Source: an uncultured Verrucomicrobiae bacterium
GTDB taxonomy: Bacteria; Verrucomicrobiota; Verrucomicrobiia; Chthoniobacterales; JAFAMB01
NCBI GenBank assembly: GCA_963813025.1
Contig: CAWEXO010000011.1
Span: 1-64,000 of the forward strand
Direction: 5' to 3'
DNA: 64,000 nt
The stretch's first letter is position 1, and each line of letters opens with the position of its first letter. The notes beneath the pieces are model-generated. The model was given only the letters and a program-made list of their open reading frames with translations. It ran no database searches and was not told the origin of the DNA. A program made the position numbers and the translations under genes. This document shows positions 10,449-20,424 of the stretch, piece after piece.

Positions 10449-12275
10449 TCAAGCGTATACCAGCAAGTGAATTTCCTCGGGTAACAAGCTCGAGATATTC
10501 CGGATAATATTCCCCCGGAGCAGATTCACCAGCATTCCGCGTTGTGGCGCTCCCACGATCAAATGAGAGGCACCAACTGTCGCAGCGATATCCACGATCG
10601 TATCCGCCGCCGTGTCGCTCACCGCGTAACACGGTAGCACCGGATACCCTTTCGATTTCTCTGCCGCGTAAGAAAAGATCGCGCGCGCCTCCTCATCGTC
10701 GACCCATTTCTGACGCCGGTCTTCCGGCAGAAGCGCCGGCAGTTCGCGCACAAAAAGGAGATAGAGCGGCCGGCTGCGATCTTTCGCTTCTTCAATCGCG
10801 AAGTCCAGCGTTCGGCCAATACCGCGTACGGCGCAAAGGATGGGCGGCCCCGAAACCTCTTTTAGGTCCAGGGTGGTCGCGGAACCGACGTTTCCCACCG
10901 ATCTCGCCGCGCTCAGAGCTTCAGGCGTCGCCGCTTTCCGCTGCGCTCGCTCAGCTACCAGTCCTCGCAGGATCAAACCAATCCCGAGAATGACTGCAGC
11001 GAAAGTGAGCGCGTTCGGCTTATCGATAAAGAGGGAGATCTCGATTGCCGACATGATGAGGAAGGTGCAGAACATCAACGCACGTTCCCATCGAGCGAGG
11101 CCCAATTTGCGATCGGTCGAGGTCGCCCCAAGGTTGGTAGCGATCGCGCCTACCACTCCGACCGCATAGAGTTCAGCCAAGCCAGCCACGTCACGCACCG
11201 CAATTACCAGGATAGTGGGGATGATCGTTGCCACAATAAGCCCGAGGTTGGGGACGCCAAAGCTGTTCAACCGTTCGAATTGCGCAGGCAACTCGCCATC
11301 CCGCGACATCAGGAATGAGGTGGCGATCAGCCCGGTAATCGCCGTATTTACCGCGGAGAGCAGGAGGACCCCGATGACGATGCGCACGATCCAGCCGGCG
11401 ATTACCCCGGCCGCCGACCCGAAACCATTGCCGACAAAAACTTCCGCCATATAGCGGAGCATAAAGTCTCTGACGCCCGGATTGCCGGGGGCGTCAACAT
11501 CCCCGTCATGCAGGTGAAGCCCGTTCAAGGCGTGCATGCCCAGCCCAAGCAAAGCGGTAAAGATACAGACCTCCAACATTACCCAGAGAATCGCCCGATT
11601 AGCCGTACGAGTGACCATTGGATGCTCGTCGGTGCTGCCGGCATCCAGTTTCATCACGCTCGTGGTATTCGCCACTGCTTCGACCCCGGACAAGGCGAGG
11701 ACAATCGCGACAAAGCCATTCCAATTGGCGAAAAAACCACCGTGTAGCGGCTGCAGATTGTGCCAGGCTTCGGGAAGGTGAGGGATCGTAAAAATCCCAA
11801 GCAACACGACGACGATGACCGTCGGAACAGCGACCAGCACGGCGATTCCGCCGGTGTGTTTCGGCCCGAAATAGTTCAGGCCGCCGATCGCCAGAATGGA
11901 CGCTCCCGCGAATAGCTCGGGATGGGATACTCCAAGGTATTGAAAGGCCGAGAGCGACGAGATCGCCGCGGTCACGATGTAGTCGGCGATCAGCAAGAAA
12001 GCGCCAACAATCGAGATGATCTCTGACCGATGGCGGACGCTGGCGTAGACGCCGCCCCCATCCGGATAATGGCGGCAGATCGCCATGTAGTTGATGCCGA
12101 CCAGCGCCATGAGGAGACACATTGCCGCGATCAGCCAGAAAGAGCTGTAGCCGGCAACGGCGAACGCCAAGCCGATGACGTAGGCCTTGCTTGTGCCCCA
12201 ATCGCCGTACAAGATGGCCGCCGCGCGAGGCGCATCGACGTTACGCGGCCTCTTGGTCTTCCCTAAGATCATCAT
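10449..12275 (-). CDS. APC-family permease with C-terminal USP-like domain (KimA/YdaO-like)
   Basis: YPDGGGVY, LSGVEAVAN, LYAVGVVGA motifs; cytoplasmic C-terminal USP-like region. Confidence 0.85.
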   Translation of the reverse strand: MMILGKTKRPRNVDAPRAAAILYGDWGTSKAYVIGLAFAVAGYSSFWLIAAMCLLMALVGINYMAICRHYPDGGGVYASVRHRSEIISIVGAFLLIADYIVTAAISSLSAFQYLGVSHPELFAGASILAIGGLNYFGPKHTGGIAVLVAVPTVIVVVLLGIFTIPHLPEAWHNLQPLHGGFFANWNGFVAIVLALSGVEAVANTTSVMKLDAGSTDEHPMVTRTANRAILWVMLEVCIFTALLGLGMHALNGLHLHDGDVDAPGNPGVRDFMLRYMAEVFVGNGFGSAAGVIAGWIVRIVIGVLLLSAVNTAITGLIATSFLMSRDGELPAQFERLNSFGVPNLGLIVATIIPTILVIAVRDVAGLAELYAVGVVGAIATNLGATSTDRKLGLARWERALMFCTFLIMSAIEISLFIDKPNALTFAAVILGIGLILRGLVAERAQRKAATPEALSAARSVGNVGSATTLDLKEVSGPPILCAVRGIGRTLDFAIEEAKDRSRPLYLLFVRELPALLPEDRRQKWVDDEEARAIFSYAAEKSKGYPVLPCYAVSDTAADTIVDIAATVGASHLIVGAPQRGMLVNLLRGNIIRNISSLLPEEIHLLVYA

Positions 12276-12310
12276 ATCCCGATCGGGGGTACGTTTGTCA
12301 CTCTTCTCTC

Positions 12311-12354
12311 AAAAAAACAGCAGAATTCTCGCCCGCCGTCCGAGAATTCTGCTG
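12311..12354 (-). terminator. Rho-independent terminator
   Basis: Perfect 14-bp stem cagcagaattctcg/cgagaattctgctg followed by T7 on the minus strand; a second hairpin at 12359-12406 precedes it. Confidence 0.8.
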
Positions 12355-12406
12355 CAACAGCCTGCATCGCTTGCAAATCTCTAAGGAGTTGCGCGCGATG
12401 CAGGCT

Positions 12407-12988
12407 TCAGTCTACCTCGAATTTGTGGATGCTCTTGGGATTGCCTGCCCTGAGGTCGAAAAGCTCGGCCGACACTGGCCAGGGGTCGTTATGAAAATAA
12501 CTGAGCACTTCATTGCCGAATTCGCGGATGCTGGATCCGGAACGGGGAAACAGAAAAATCGTCCGCCGGTTAGGCACCGCCGCCAAACAACGCGGCCCGA
12601 GCAGGTTGGCGTACCAATTTTCAAGCTCGGGCAACAGGATCACACAACTCAGTTCCGGGCTCGGATCGGTTAGACGCAAGGCGGTAATTACCTGGTGAGA
12701 GTCCCGGATGACGAACGGTTTAATCGTCCCGACAAATTCCTTGGCCCGGCGAAGGCTTTCCGCCCTAATCTGAGTCTTTTCTTCAGGAGTGTTCTCGTTG
12801 ACGGGTACCGGCGCCAGTTGATCGTCGTTTTTCTCGTAATAGGCGATAACGGTCTCCTTTGAGCCCTCGACCGGATCAAAGACTGGTACCCGGTAGAAAT
12901 AGGGGTCCAGAATCGCGACGTGTTCCGCGGCACGCAGACCGCGACTACCTGGAGCAAGGAACGCCAAAACAATCAGGATTGCCGCCAA
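12407..12988 (-). CDS. Hypothetical exported protein
   Basis: Signal-like N-terminus (LAAILIVLAFLAPG); start trimmed to TTG 12988 to avoid overlap with ruvA; followed by a terminator. Confidence 0.65.
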   Translation of the reverse strand: MAAILIVLAFLAPGSRGLRAAEHVAILDPYFYRVPVFDPVEGSKETVIAYYEKNDDQLAPVPVNENTPEEKTQIRAESLRRAKEFVGTIKPFVIRDSHQVITALRLTDPSPELSCVILLPELENWYANLLGPRCLAAVPNRRTIFLFPRSGSSIREFGNEVLSYFHNDPWPVSAELFDLRAGNPKSIHKFEVD

Positions 12989-13039
12989 ACCGGGTTTGCA
13001 CTTTCTGAAGGTTCGTTCTATGCGAGACGATGCACTACC

Positions 13040-13636
13040 ATGATTTCGTTTCTTGATGGCGAACTGGTTGAGGCGCTTCCGACACAGGTCGTCATTGCGG
13101 TCCATGGAATCGGATACCTCGTGCAGATCCCTCTCTCAAGTTTTGATCGATTGCCGGCTCTGGGGGCAAACGTACGTCTCCTGACTCACCTCGTGGTCCG
13201 CGAGGATGCTCACCTTCTTTTTGGCTTTGCCACCGTGGAAGAGCGCGATCTGTTCCGCTTACTGCTGCAGCATGTGAGCGGAGTTGGCCCAAAGCTGGCG
13301 TTGGCCATTCTGAGCGGCATGTCGGTTCCGCAATTCAAGGGTGCCGTGATTAACCGGAACGTGGCCGCATTGGCCAGGATCAGCGGAGTCGGCAAGAAAA
13401 CGGCCGAACGCGTCGTTCTCGAGTTGAAGGATCGGGTAGGCGTGGCGGCAGCCTGGGAAGCCGCGTCGGCGTCGCGGACCGACGAGCACGCAAAGTTCAG
13501 CGACGCGCTCCTCGCCTTGCTATCGCTCGGTTTTAAGCAGGTCGAAGTGCAAAAGGTGCTGCGCGAGGTCCAAGCCGAGACGCCCGCGGCGGACACCGAG
13601 ACGCTGATCCGGCAGGCGCTGAAAAAGTTGGCGTGA
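13040..13636 (+). CDS. ruvA: Holliday junction branch migration protein RuvA
   Basis: MISFLDG, HLVVREDAHLLFGF, VSGVGPKLALAIL, ISGVGKKTAER. Confidence 0.97.
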   Translation: MISFLDGELVEALPTQVVIAVHGIGYLVQIPLSSFDRLPALGANVRLLTHLVVREDAHLLFGFATVEERDLFRLLLQHVSGVGPKLALAILSGMSVPQFKGAVINRNVAALARISGVGKKTAERVVLELKDRVGVAAAWEAASASRTDEHAKFSDALLALLSLGFKQVEVQKVLREVQAETPAADTETLIRQALKKLA

Positions 13637-13653
13637 AGGAAGAGGGCCGGAGA

Positions 13654-13795
13654 CAGTGCTAGTGTCAGTGCCAGTGCCAGTCCTGATTTCGGTGCTCTGT
13701 CCGATGTTAAGCAACCTTTAGATCTATGGGTCCTATAGGTCCCATGCGTTCTGACACTAGCGCTAGCACTAGCACTAGCACTAGCACCGGCACTC
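13654..13795. repeat. Inverted hexamer tandem-repeat bracket between convergent ruvA and pgsA
   Basis: (agtgcc/agtgct)n at 13654-13680 versus (ctagca)n at 13757-13795; nonamer-like gggtcctataggtccc inside. Confidence 0.7.
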
Positions 13796-13796
13796 C

Positions 13797-14360
13797 TCAG
13801 TTGTCCCTGACCAGGTCCCAGTTTCGCCCGAGGTAGGAGATGCCGGACAGCAGGGTCAGACAAACGGCGATAGCCACCAGAATAACGCCCGCCGTTTTTA
13901 CCAAAGGCACCTGCAGGATGTCGTGGTTCACTTCCGCAATCGCCAGGACAAGAAGGAAGTAGATGATCGTCACCATTTGCCACAGCGTTTTGTGTTTTCC
14001 CAAACCTTCAGCCGGGAGAACTTTGCCGCGCGACGCTGCGATCAGGCGAAGCCCAGTGATCAGGAATTCGCGGCTGACGATCACGATCGCGGCCCAGGCG
14101 GGCAACAACCCGACTGCCACCAGGCAGATAAATGCCGAGACTGTCATGACTTTATCGACTAACGGATCCATCAGCCGGCCAAAGTCGGTAATCAGCTGAA
14201 AACGACGCGCCAGCACACCGTCGGCATAGTCCGTTACTGTGCCGACGAGAAAGAGGATCAAGGCAACGATTTTCGCACCGGGAAAGGCCACGCTCAACGC
14301 GGCGACAAAAGGAACGGTGATGAGCAGCCGAAGCAGGGTCAGCTGGTTCGGTACATTCAT
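13797..14360 (-). CDS. pgsA: CDP-diacylglycerol--glycerol-3-phosphate 3-phosphatidyltransferase
   Basis: MNVPNQLTLLR, TDYADGVLARR...TDFGRLMDPLVDK; ATGA overlap with moaE. Confidence 0.95.
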   Translation of the reverse strand: MNVPNQLTLLRLLITVPFVAALSVAFPGAKIVALILFLVGTVTDYADGVLARRFQLITDFGRLMDPLVDKVMTVSAFICLVAVGLLPAWAAIVIVSREFLITGLRLIAASRGKVLPAEGLGKHKTLWQMVTIIYFLLVLAIAEVNHDILQVPLVKTAGVILVAIAVCLTLLSGISYLGRNWDLVRDN

Positions 14361-14770
14361 GCGACCTGGATCGATGAGAAAACCGGATGTTTCCAAATCG
14401 GCACTACGACTTTCAACCGTTCGACAATTTCCCGACTGGAATCATAGGCCGCTTTCCGGTGCCGGGCCGCTACCCGGAGAAGCAGCGAAGCTTCGCCGAC
14501 TGGGACAAACCCGATGCGGTGATGGAGAATGATTTCGCCCAGCCCGTACCGGGAAGCAGCCGCCTCCGTGATCAGCATCATCTGGCGTTGAGCCATCGGT
14601 ACAAAAGCCTCGTATTCGAGGCCATCAATTGCCCGATCATTTTCGAGTCCGCGAACAACGCCAAAAAAATCGACGACCGCGCCGAAATCGCGCGAAAACG
14701 ATGGAGGCACGATTTGAAGTGGGTTCGATGTGACCAGGATGTCAGGGGAAAGCACACGAATAGCTTCCAT
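14357..14770 (-). CDS. moaE: Molybdopterin synthase catalytic subunit
   Basis: GAVVDFFGVVR, LEYEAF, HRIG, HRKAAY, LKVVVPIWK. Confidence 0.93.
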   Translation of the reverse strand: MEAIRVLSPDILVTSNPLQIVPPSFSRDFGAVVDFFGVVRGLENDRAIDGLEYEAFVPMAQRQMMLITEAAASRYGLGEIILHHRIGFVPVGEASLLLRVAARHRKAAYDSSREIVERLKVVVPIWKHPVFSSIQVA

Positions 14771-14863
14771 GTTCAACGTTCAACGTTCAACCGCGGATCG
14801 GCGTATTGCGTATCGGCGCGACGGCGTGTTGCGTATCGGGGCGGCGGCGTGTTGCGTCTGGTT

Positions 14864-14971
14864 GAGCGCTACACGATATCGGACCAGCTCGAAAGATCTT
14901 CGAGATCCATTTGCGCAAATCTCGGCGAGGCTTGGCGCAAGCCAATATACGTCGCGGCATTTATCGCGAAG
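14864..14971 (+). pseudogene. Four-helix-bundle protein (23S rRNA IVP-like) remnant, N-terminal half
   Basis: ERYTISDQLERSSRSICANLGEAWRKPIYVAAFIAK matches the family pattern E(K/R)YxLTDQIRRSSRSVCAN(L/I)AEAWRKRRY; no start codon or C-terminal half. Confidence 0.75.
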
Positions 14972-15036
14972 ACACGCCCATCCCCCTTTCGTCCATTGCG
15001 CGGCGCGCGGCCGTGGCGTACTGAACTTCTTCGGCT

Positions 15037-16453
15037 ATGAGCACCTCAGACATCGGATTGATCGGTCTCGCCGTCATGGGCGAGAACCTCGTACTGAATA
15101 TGGAAAGCAAGGGATTCAGTGTCTCGGTCTTTAATCGCACAACGGAAGTCACGGAAAAATTTGCGGCCGGTCGCGCCAAAGGAAAACGTATCGTTGCCGC
15201 CAAAACCATTGAAGAATTCGCGGCCAGTCTGAGCAAGCCGCGAAAAGCGATGATTATGGTGAAAGCCGGCCCGGCCGTCGACGCAGTCATCGATCAGTTA
15301 ATCCCGCACCTGGAAAAAGGCGACGTCATTATCGACGGAGGCAACTCTCTCTTCACCGACACGCAGCGGCGAGGGAAGGCTTTGACCGCGAAAGGATTTA
15401 GCTTTCTGGGCATGGGCGTTTCCGGCGGGGAAGAAGGCGCTCTCAAAGGGCCGTCCCTGATGCCCGGCGGAACAAAGGAAGCCTGGAAGATCGTCGCTCC
15501 GATTTTTCAGAAAATCGCCGCTCAGGTCGACGGAGAACCGTGCTGCCGTTACATGGGACCGGACGGCGCCGGGCATTACGTCAAGATGGTGCACAATGGG
15601 ATTGAATACGGAGATATGCAGTTGATCGGCGAAGTCATACGCGTTGCTCCGTGATGTTCTTGGTCTGAACACGGATGAGCTTCAGAAAGTCTTCAAGACC
15701 TGGAACGAAGGCGATCTCGACAGTTTTCTCATTGAGATCACGGCAAAGATCTTCGGCCGGAAAGACACGGAAACGGGCAAACCGCTAGTCGACGTCATTC
15801 TCGACAAAGCCGGCCAGAAAGGAACCGGCAAATGGACGCTCCTGTCGGCCATCGATCTCGGCGTCGTGGTATCAACGATCAACGCGGCGGTGGAAGCGCG
15901 CGTGCTTTCGTCAATGAAAGACCAACGAGCAAAGGCGTCCAAGATCTTGTCCGCTCCGCGCAAATTCAAGCTGGAAACCCAAAAAGAGGATTTTATCCAA
16001 GCGGTGTGTGACGCGCTCTACGCCTCAAAAATTATCTCTTACGCGCAAGGGTTCAGTCTCTTCTCCGCGGCCGCCAAACAGTATCGCTGGGATCTCCATT
16101 TCGGCGACATCGCGTCAATCTGGAGGGGCGGCTGCATCATTCGCGCGAAGTTTCTTAACCGCATCAAAGAGGCGTTTGATCGTGACCCAAATCTGGAAAA
16201 CCTGATGCTCGATGAGTTCTTCCGATCCGTTCTTGAGAAGACGCAGGCGAATTGGCGAAAGGCAGTCGCGACGGCGGCGCCGGCCGGAGTCGCCGTGCCC
16301 GCTTTCAGCGCTTCCCTGGCCTATTTCGATAGCTATCGGCAGGAACGTTTACCCGCAAATCTCCTCCAGGCGCAACGCGACTATTTCGGGGCCCATACCT
16401 ACGAACGGATCGATAAACCGGGAACCTTCCACACCGAATGGATGGAGGAGTAG
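15037..16453 (+). CDS. gnd: 6-phosphogluconate dehydrogenase (NADP, decarboxylating); +1 frameshift at ~15635
   Basis: [55 protein letters not shown]; removing t15635 restores GEAYALLRD. Confidence 0.96.
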
Positions 16454-16455
16454 GC

Positions 16456-16890
16456 ACGTTTCACGTTTCGCGTTTTCACGTTTCGGCGGCCGATGAGTGC
16501 TTCGAAGAAAGAAACGGGTTGCCCGACTCGGACACAGCCAAGATTGCAGACGTTGCAAGAACGTGAGACCTGAAATCATGGTTTCTCATCTTTGTACTAC
16601 TGTCCGTGAAAATGTTGTTTTCCTGCGAGGAGCTGAACAGTTTGAAGGTTGACCGGCAAGATGCCGGTGTCAGGGTGGAAAAGTGGCACAGGCTTCCAGC
16701 CTGTCAGTGGACTGCGCGGCCGCTTTGGTTGCGGCTACGCCCGCGCTGTGATCTTCGCGATCTTCTTTTCCATTGTTCGGTGTTCTCATTGCCTGCTGAT
16801 AAACGTCGAAAAGTTTGAACGGAAGGTCGCGAAGATCGCTAAGAAGAGAAATCTGAAACCTGAGACGTGAGACGCGGGACTCGACACTCG
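16456..16890. repeat. Composite intergenic repeat tract (heptamer brackets, REP-like palindromes, nonamer pair)
   Basis: (cacgttt)n at 16456-16482 versus (gagacgt/gaaacct) runs at ~16560 and 16853-16876; accggcaagatgccggt and acaggcttccagcctgt palindromes at 16652-16703. Confidence 0.65.
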
Positions 16891-16904
16891 AAATCCTTTC
16901 CCTC

Positions 16905-17834
16905 ATGCAGCTCATCGACGGTAAAAACATCGCGCAGACAATCAACGAGCAGACCCGGGAGAAGGTAGCTCGCCTGATTCGGAACGGAGTCACGCCGGGC
17001 CTCGCGGTGGTCCTGGTGGGCGACAATCCAGCTTCGATGGCGTACGTCCGGAACAAAGACAAAACGTCTCAGGAACTCGGATTCTACTCACGCAAAATTG
17101 AAATCCCGGAAAAGACCTCGGAAGCCGAGCTAGAGCGGATTGTGCTGGAGCTCAACAAGGACCAGCTGGTGCACGGCATTCTCGTGCAATCACCGTTGCC
17201 AGCGCATATCAATGAAGGAAAAATTATTCGGAGCCTCGATCCAGCCAAAGACGTCGACGGCTTTCATCCTATCAATGTCGGCAAGCTGGCAATGGGCGAT
17301 CCCAGCGCGCTGGTTCCCTGTACCCCGCTTGGCTGCCAACGGTTGCTCGTCGAGTCCGGGATTCCTATCGAGGGCGCGAAAGTCGTCATAGTCGGCCGCA
17401 GTATGCTGGTCGGCAAGCCGCTCGCTCTTCTTTTGGTGCAAAAGGCGAAGGGTGGCGACGCTACGGTCACACTCGCGCATTCCCGGTCCCGCGACCTGGC
17501 GGCCATAACCCGAAGTGCCGATATCCTGGTGGCGGCGATCGGCCGACCGCGTTTTATCGGACCAGACGATGTGCGCGAAGGCGCTGTCGTTATCGATGTG
17601 GGGATCAATCGGATCGACGATCCGAAAGCTCCAAAGGGTTGGCGGCTCGTCGGTGATGTGGATTTCGATCAAGTCGCACCCAAAGCTCGCGCGATTACTC
17701 CGGTGCCCGGGGGCGTCGGTCCAATGACGATTGCTATGCTGATGGCCAACACGGTGAAAGCATGCATGCAACAAACAGGACTACAGGAAGAAGTCAGGGA
17801 AGTTCAAGGAAGTTCAGGGAAGTTCGAGGAATGA
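16905..17834 (+). CDS. folD: Bifunctional methylenetetrahydrofolate dehydrogenase/cyclohydrolase
   Basis: [35 protein letters not shown]. Confidence 0.97.
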   Translation: MQLIDGKNIAQTINEQTREKVARLIRNGVTPGLAVVLVGDNPASMAYVRNKDKTSQELGFYSRKIEIPEKTSEAELERIVLELNKDQLVHGILVQSPLPAHINEGKIIRSLDPAKDVDGFHPINVGKLAMGDPSALVPCTPLGCQRLLVESGIPIEGAKVVIVGRSMLVGKPLALLLVQKAKGGDATVTLAHSRSRDLAAITRSADILVAAIGRPRFIGPDDVREGAVVIDVGINRIDDPKAPKGWRLVGDVDFDQVAPKARAITPVPGGVGPMTIAMLMANTVKACMQQTGLQEEVREVQGSSGKFEE

Positions 17835-18008
17835 AAGCCGCGCCGCTGTCCGTTGTTCAACTTTCCCCGGACATCTCGCCGCAGGAGCAAAGCTGAGAAA
17901 GCAGCTTCAGCACGGGATGTAGCTCCAGAGGTAAAAAGCGAGCATTGGCCAGCTCGTTGGGGTTCCTTGAACTTCCCCGAACTTCCCTGAACTTCCCTGA
18001 ATTCCTCC
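17790..18008. repeat. Inverted decamer tandem-repeat bracket between folD and lysA
   Basis: (gaagttcagg)n at 17790-17830, inside the folD 3' end, versus (ccctgaactt)n at 17964-18008. Confidence 0.75.
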
Positions 18009-18020
18009 TTCTCAGATCCC

Positions 18021-19322
18021 ATGCATTCATTCCACTATCACAAAGATCAGTTGCGGGTTGAATCGGTCAGTCTCGGCGACTTGGCCGAGCACTACGGCAC
18101 CCCGCTATACGTATACAGCAGCCAAACCATCACGGATCACTACGATCGCCTCGCCGCGGCTCTTCACGAGCTCAACCACGAAATCTGCTACGCCCTGAAA
18201 GCTAACTCCAATCTCGCCATAATTCAGCTGCTGGCGAAACGGGGCGCTGGTTTCGACATCGTTTCGGGCGGCGAACTGTATCGCGTCCTGAAGGCCGGCG
18301 GGGATCCCGGCCGTTGCACGTTTGCTGGAGTCGGCAAAACCAGGGATGAGATCGAATTTGCGCTGCATTGCGGCATCTTCGGTTTCAATGTCGAATCCGA
18401 AGAGGAACTAGCGACGATCAGCGAAATCGCTCAATCGCTGGGGGTAAAAGCGCCAATCGCCATCCGCGCGAATCCCGATGTTGATGCCCACACGCACAAA
18501 TACATTTCCACCGGACGGAACGAAAACAAATTTGGCATTGGTTTGGATCGGATCCATGAGATCTATGCGACCGCGGCAAAACTGCCGAATCTGCGGGTCT
18601 GCGGGATCCAGATGCATATCGGCTCGCAGATTACCGCGGGGCGGCCATTCGCTATCGCCATCGAGAAACTCGCCCCGCTGGTTCATGAGCTGCGGCGTGA
18701 GTTTGGCATTGATTTTTTCAGTATCGGCGGAGGGATCGGAATCGTGTATCGAGGCTCGCTGGAGAGTGGTGACGAAATCTGGTGGAAGCAGGAGGAGCCG
18801 CGCGACGCAATAACTATCAAGGAGTACGCGGAAGCAGTAGTACCGCCGTTGAAAACATTGGGACTCAAGATCTTGCTGGAGCCGGGCCGTTTTCTCGTGG
18901 GCAACTCCGGCGTGCTGTTGACCCGCGTCTTATACGTCAAACGCACGGTAAACAAGGTTTTCGTGATTGTTGACGCCGGTATGAATGACCTGATCAGGCC
19001 GGCTCTATACCAGGGCTACCATGAGGTCGTTCCGCTACAGCGGATCGCGGGGCGCAAGGCAATTACGGCTGATGTCGTCGGTCCGGTATGCGAAAGCGGG
19101 GATTTCTTTGCCCAGGATCGGATCCTGCCGGAGCCGAAACCAGGCGAACTGCTGGCGCTGATGAGCGCTGGCGCTTATGGATTTACCATGGCCTCCAATT
19201 ACAATTCTCGACCGCTGCCGGCTGAGGTGCTGGTCGAGGGTGAAGCGAACAGGTTGATCAGGCGCCGCCAGAACTATGCTGACCTCATTGAGCTGGAGCT
19301 AACCGCCGCGGATCCGGAGTAG
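18021..19322 (+). CDS. lysA: Diaminopimelate decarboxylase
   Basis: YGTPLYVY, YALKANSN, HIGSQI, EPGR, GPVCESGD, AGAYG. Confidence 0.97.
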   Translation: MHSFHYHKDQLRVESVSLGDLAEHYGTPLYVYSSQTITDHYDRLAAALHELNHEICYALKANSNLAIIQLLAKRGAGFDIVSGGELYRVLKAGGDPGRCTFAGVGKTRDEIEFALHCGIFGFNVESEEELATISEIAQSLGVKAPIAIRANPDVDAHTHKYISTGRNENKFGIGLDRIHEIYATAAKLPNLRVCGIQMHIGSQITAGRPFAIAIEKLAPLVHELRREFGIDFFSIGGGIGIVYRGSLESGDEIWWKQEEPRDAITIKEYAEAVVPPLKTLGLKILLEPGRFLVGNSGVLLTRVLYVKRTVNKVFVIVDAGMNDLIRPALYQGYHEVVPLQRIAGRKAITADVVGPVCESGDFFAQDRILPEPKPGELLALMSAGAYGFTMASNYNSRPLPAEVLVEGEANRLIRRRQNYADLIELELTAADPE

Positions 19323-19684
19323 CCGCGACCACCAACGCTGAGTACCGTGCCGCGGAACTTCTCGCGCCGTAGTGCCGCGCAGCCGGCACGAAGGCGGACC
19401 GCCTCGGCCCTGTTGGACTTTGCATTAGTCCCGAAGGGACGTCAGGGCTCAGCCCGGGGGTTTCAACAGGTTTTCAACCCCGGCAAAACCATTCCCACTC
19501 GGGGCCCCTGTGTAGAAATTCCTCGATCGCAGGCTGGAAAGCCTGTTCTGACTCAACGCACTCTGAATTGCCCTTTGCTGACCCGATCGGGTAATTGTGG
19601 GAACGCCTTAACCATTGCACCATTCCGGCCTAACTAGCCGCGCGGTTTATCGCGGTAAGGAAACAATGAACGAAGGGAGGAAAT

Positions 19685-19957
19685 ATGATCAGCCCGCAAC
19701 CAATGGAGATGTTGACCGTGGATACACGGTCGGAGCTAACCGGCGTCCCATGCCGGTCGGCTCAAACTTCCGTCATCCTTGCGGCGCTCGAATCCTCCCG
19801 GGAGCAGACCCGAGTCGATAGATTCAGGGTCTTCCAACTCTTCGGGCGGGTTCTCGAGCTCCTGCAGGCCGGGGGTGTCGGCTCCAGGGCATCCGTCGAA
19901 GTGATCTTCACTGCGAGCGGCCCGCTCGTGTATCGATCGCCCAGGTGGGACTGGTAG
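19685..19957 (+). CDS. Hypothetical ~90-aa protein, paralog of 29815-30099
   Basis: Shares GVPxxSxxTSxILAALxS and xxTxxGPLVYR blocks with the 29815 protein. Confidence 0.7.
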   Translation: MISPQPMEMLTVDTRSELTGVPCRSAQTSVILAALESSREQTRVDRFRVFQLFGRVLELLQAGGVGSRASVEVIFTASGPLVYRSPRWDW

Positions 19958-20424
19958 TCGGTGCCGGTTCGACATCTGCTTTCCGTCATCCGACGGATCG
20001 TGTTGTCTGCAAACCCGGCCTACCAACGGACCTGGCTGGTGGCGCATAGTTTTTTGCGCCATCAGCCTTGTCCAGACTTGCCTGGAAAGATAGATCTTGG
20101 CAGGAATCTCGGATGCCATCGGTGGCTCCCATTTCTGGACAATCCAGCAAGGTTGAATCGTACATCGCGCCGGAAACCGAAATGCGGGAACTCTTCGCAA
20201 CTGCTTCCACTCAAAATCTTGTTTTCCTGGCAGGATTCTTGCCCCTTCGGGCCTATTTTCGAATCGCCGCTCCGGGGCGCAAGAACCAGATTTGGTTGCG
20301 GCTACGCCACGCCGTGACCTTTGTTGCCTTCTGTGAAGTCCTTCGTTTAACAGCCCTGGAAGCCTATCTCACATCAATATCGTACCCCTCGCCAACCTCC
20401 CAAACCTACGCTACTATCCCGCCC

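Noticed and set aside
14864..14971. Diversity-generating retroelement (four-helix bundle resembles Avd)
   Set aside because: No reverse transcriptase; differences between the duplicated TPR segments are not adenine-specific.
13654..18008. Repeat tracts as a possible CRISPR array
   Set aside because: Units are 6-10 bp tandem repeats without unique spacers; no 25-45-bp repeat-spacer periodicity and no cas genes anywhere in the window.
17835..18020. Lysine riboswitch upstream of lysA
   Set aside because: No L-box consensus recognised; the spacer is explained by the inverted decamer bracket.
19958..20424. ORFs 19736-20200, 19961-20317 and the N-terminal extension of 20068-20691
   Set aside because: No recognisable motifs, mutually overlapping and running through repeat elements; treated as non-coding or unidentifiable debris.
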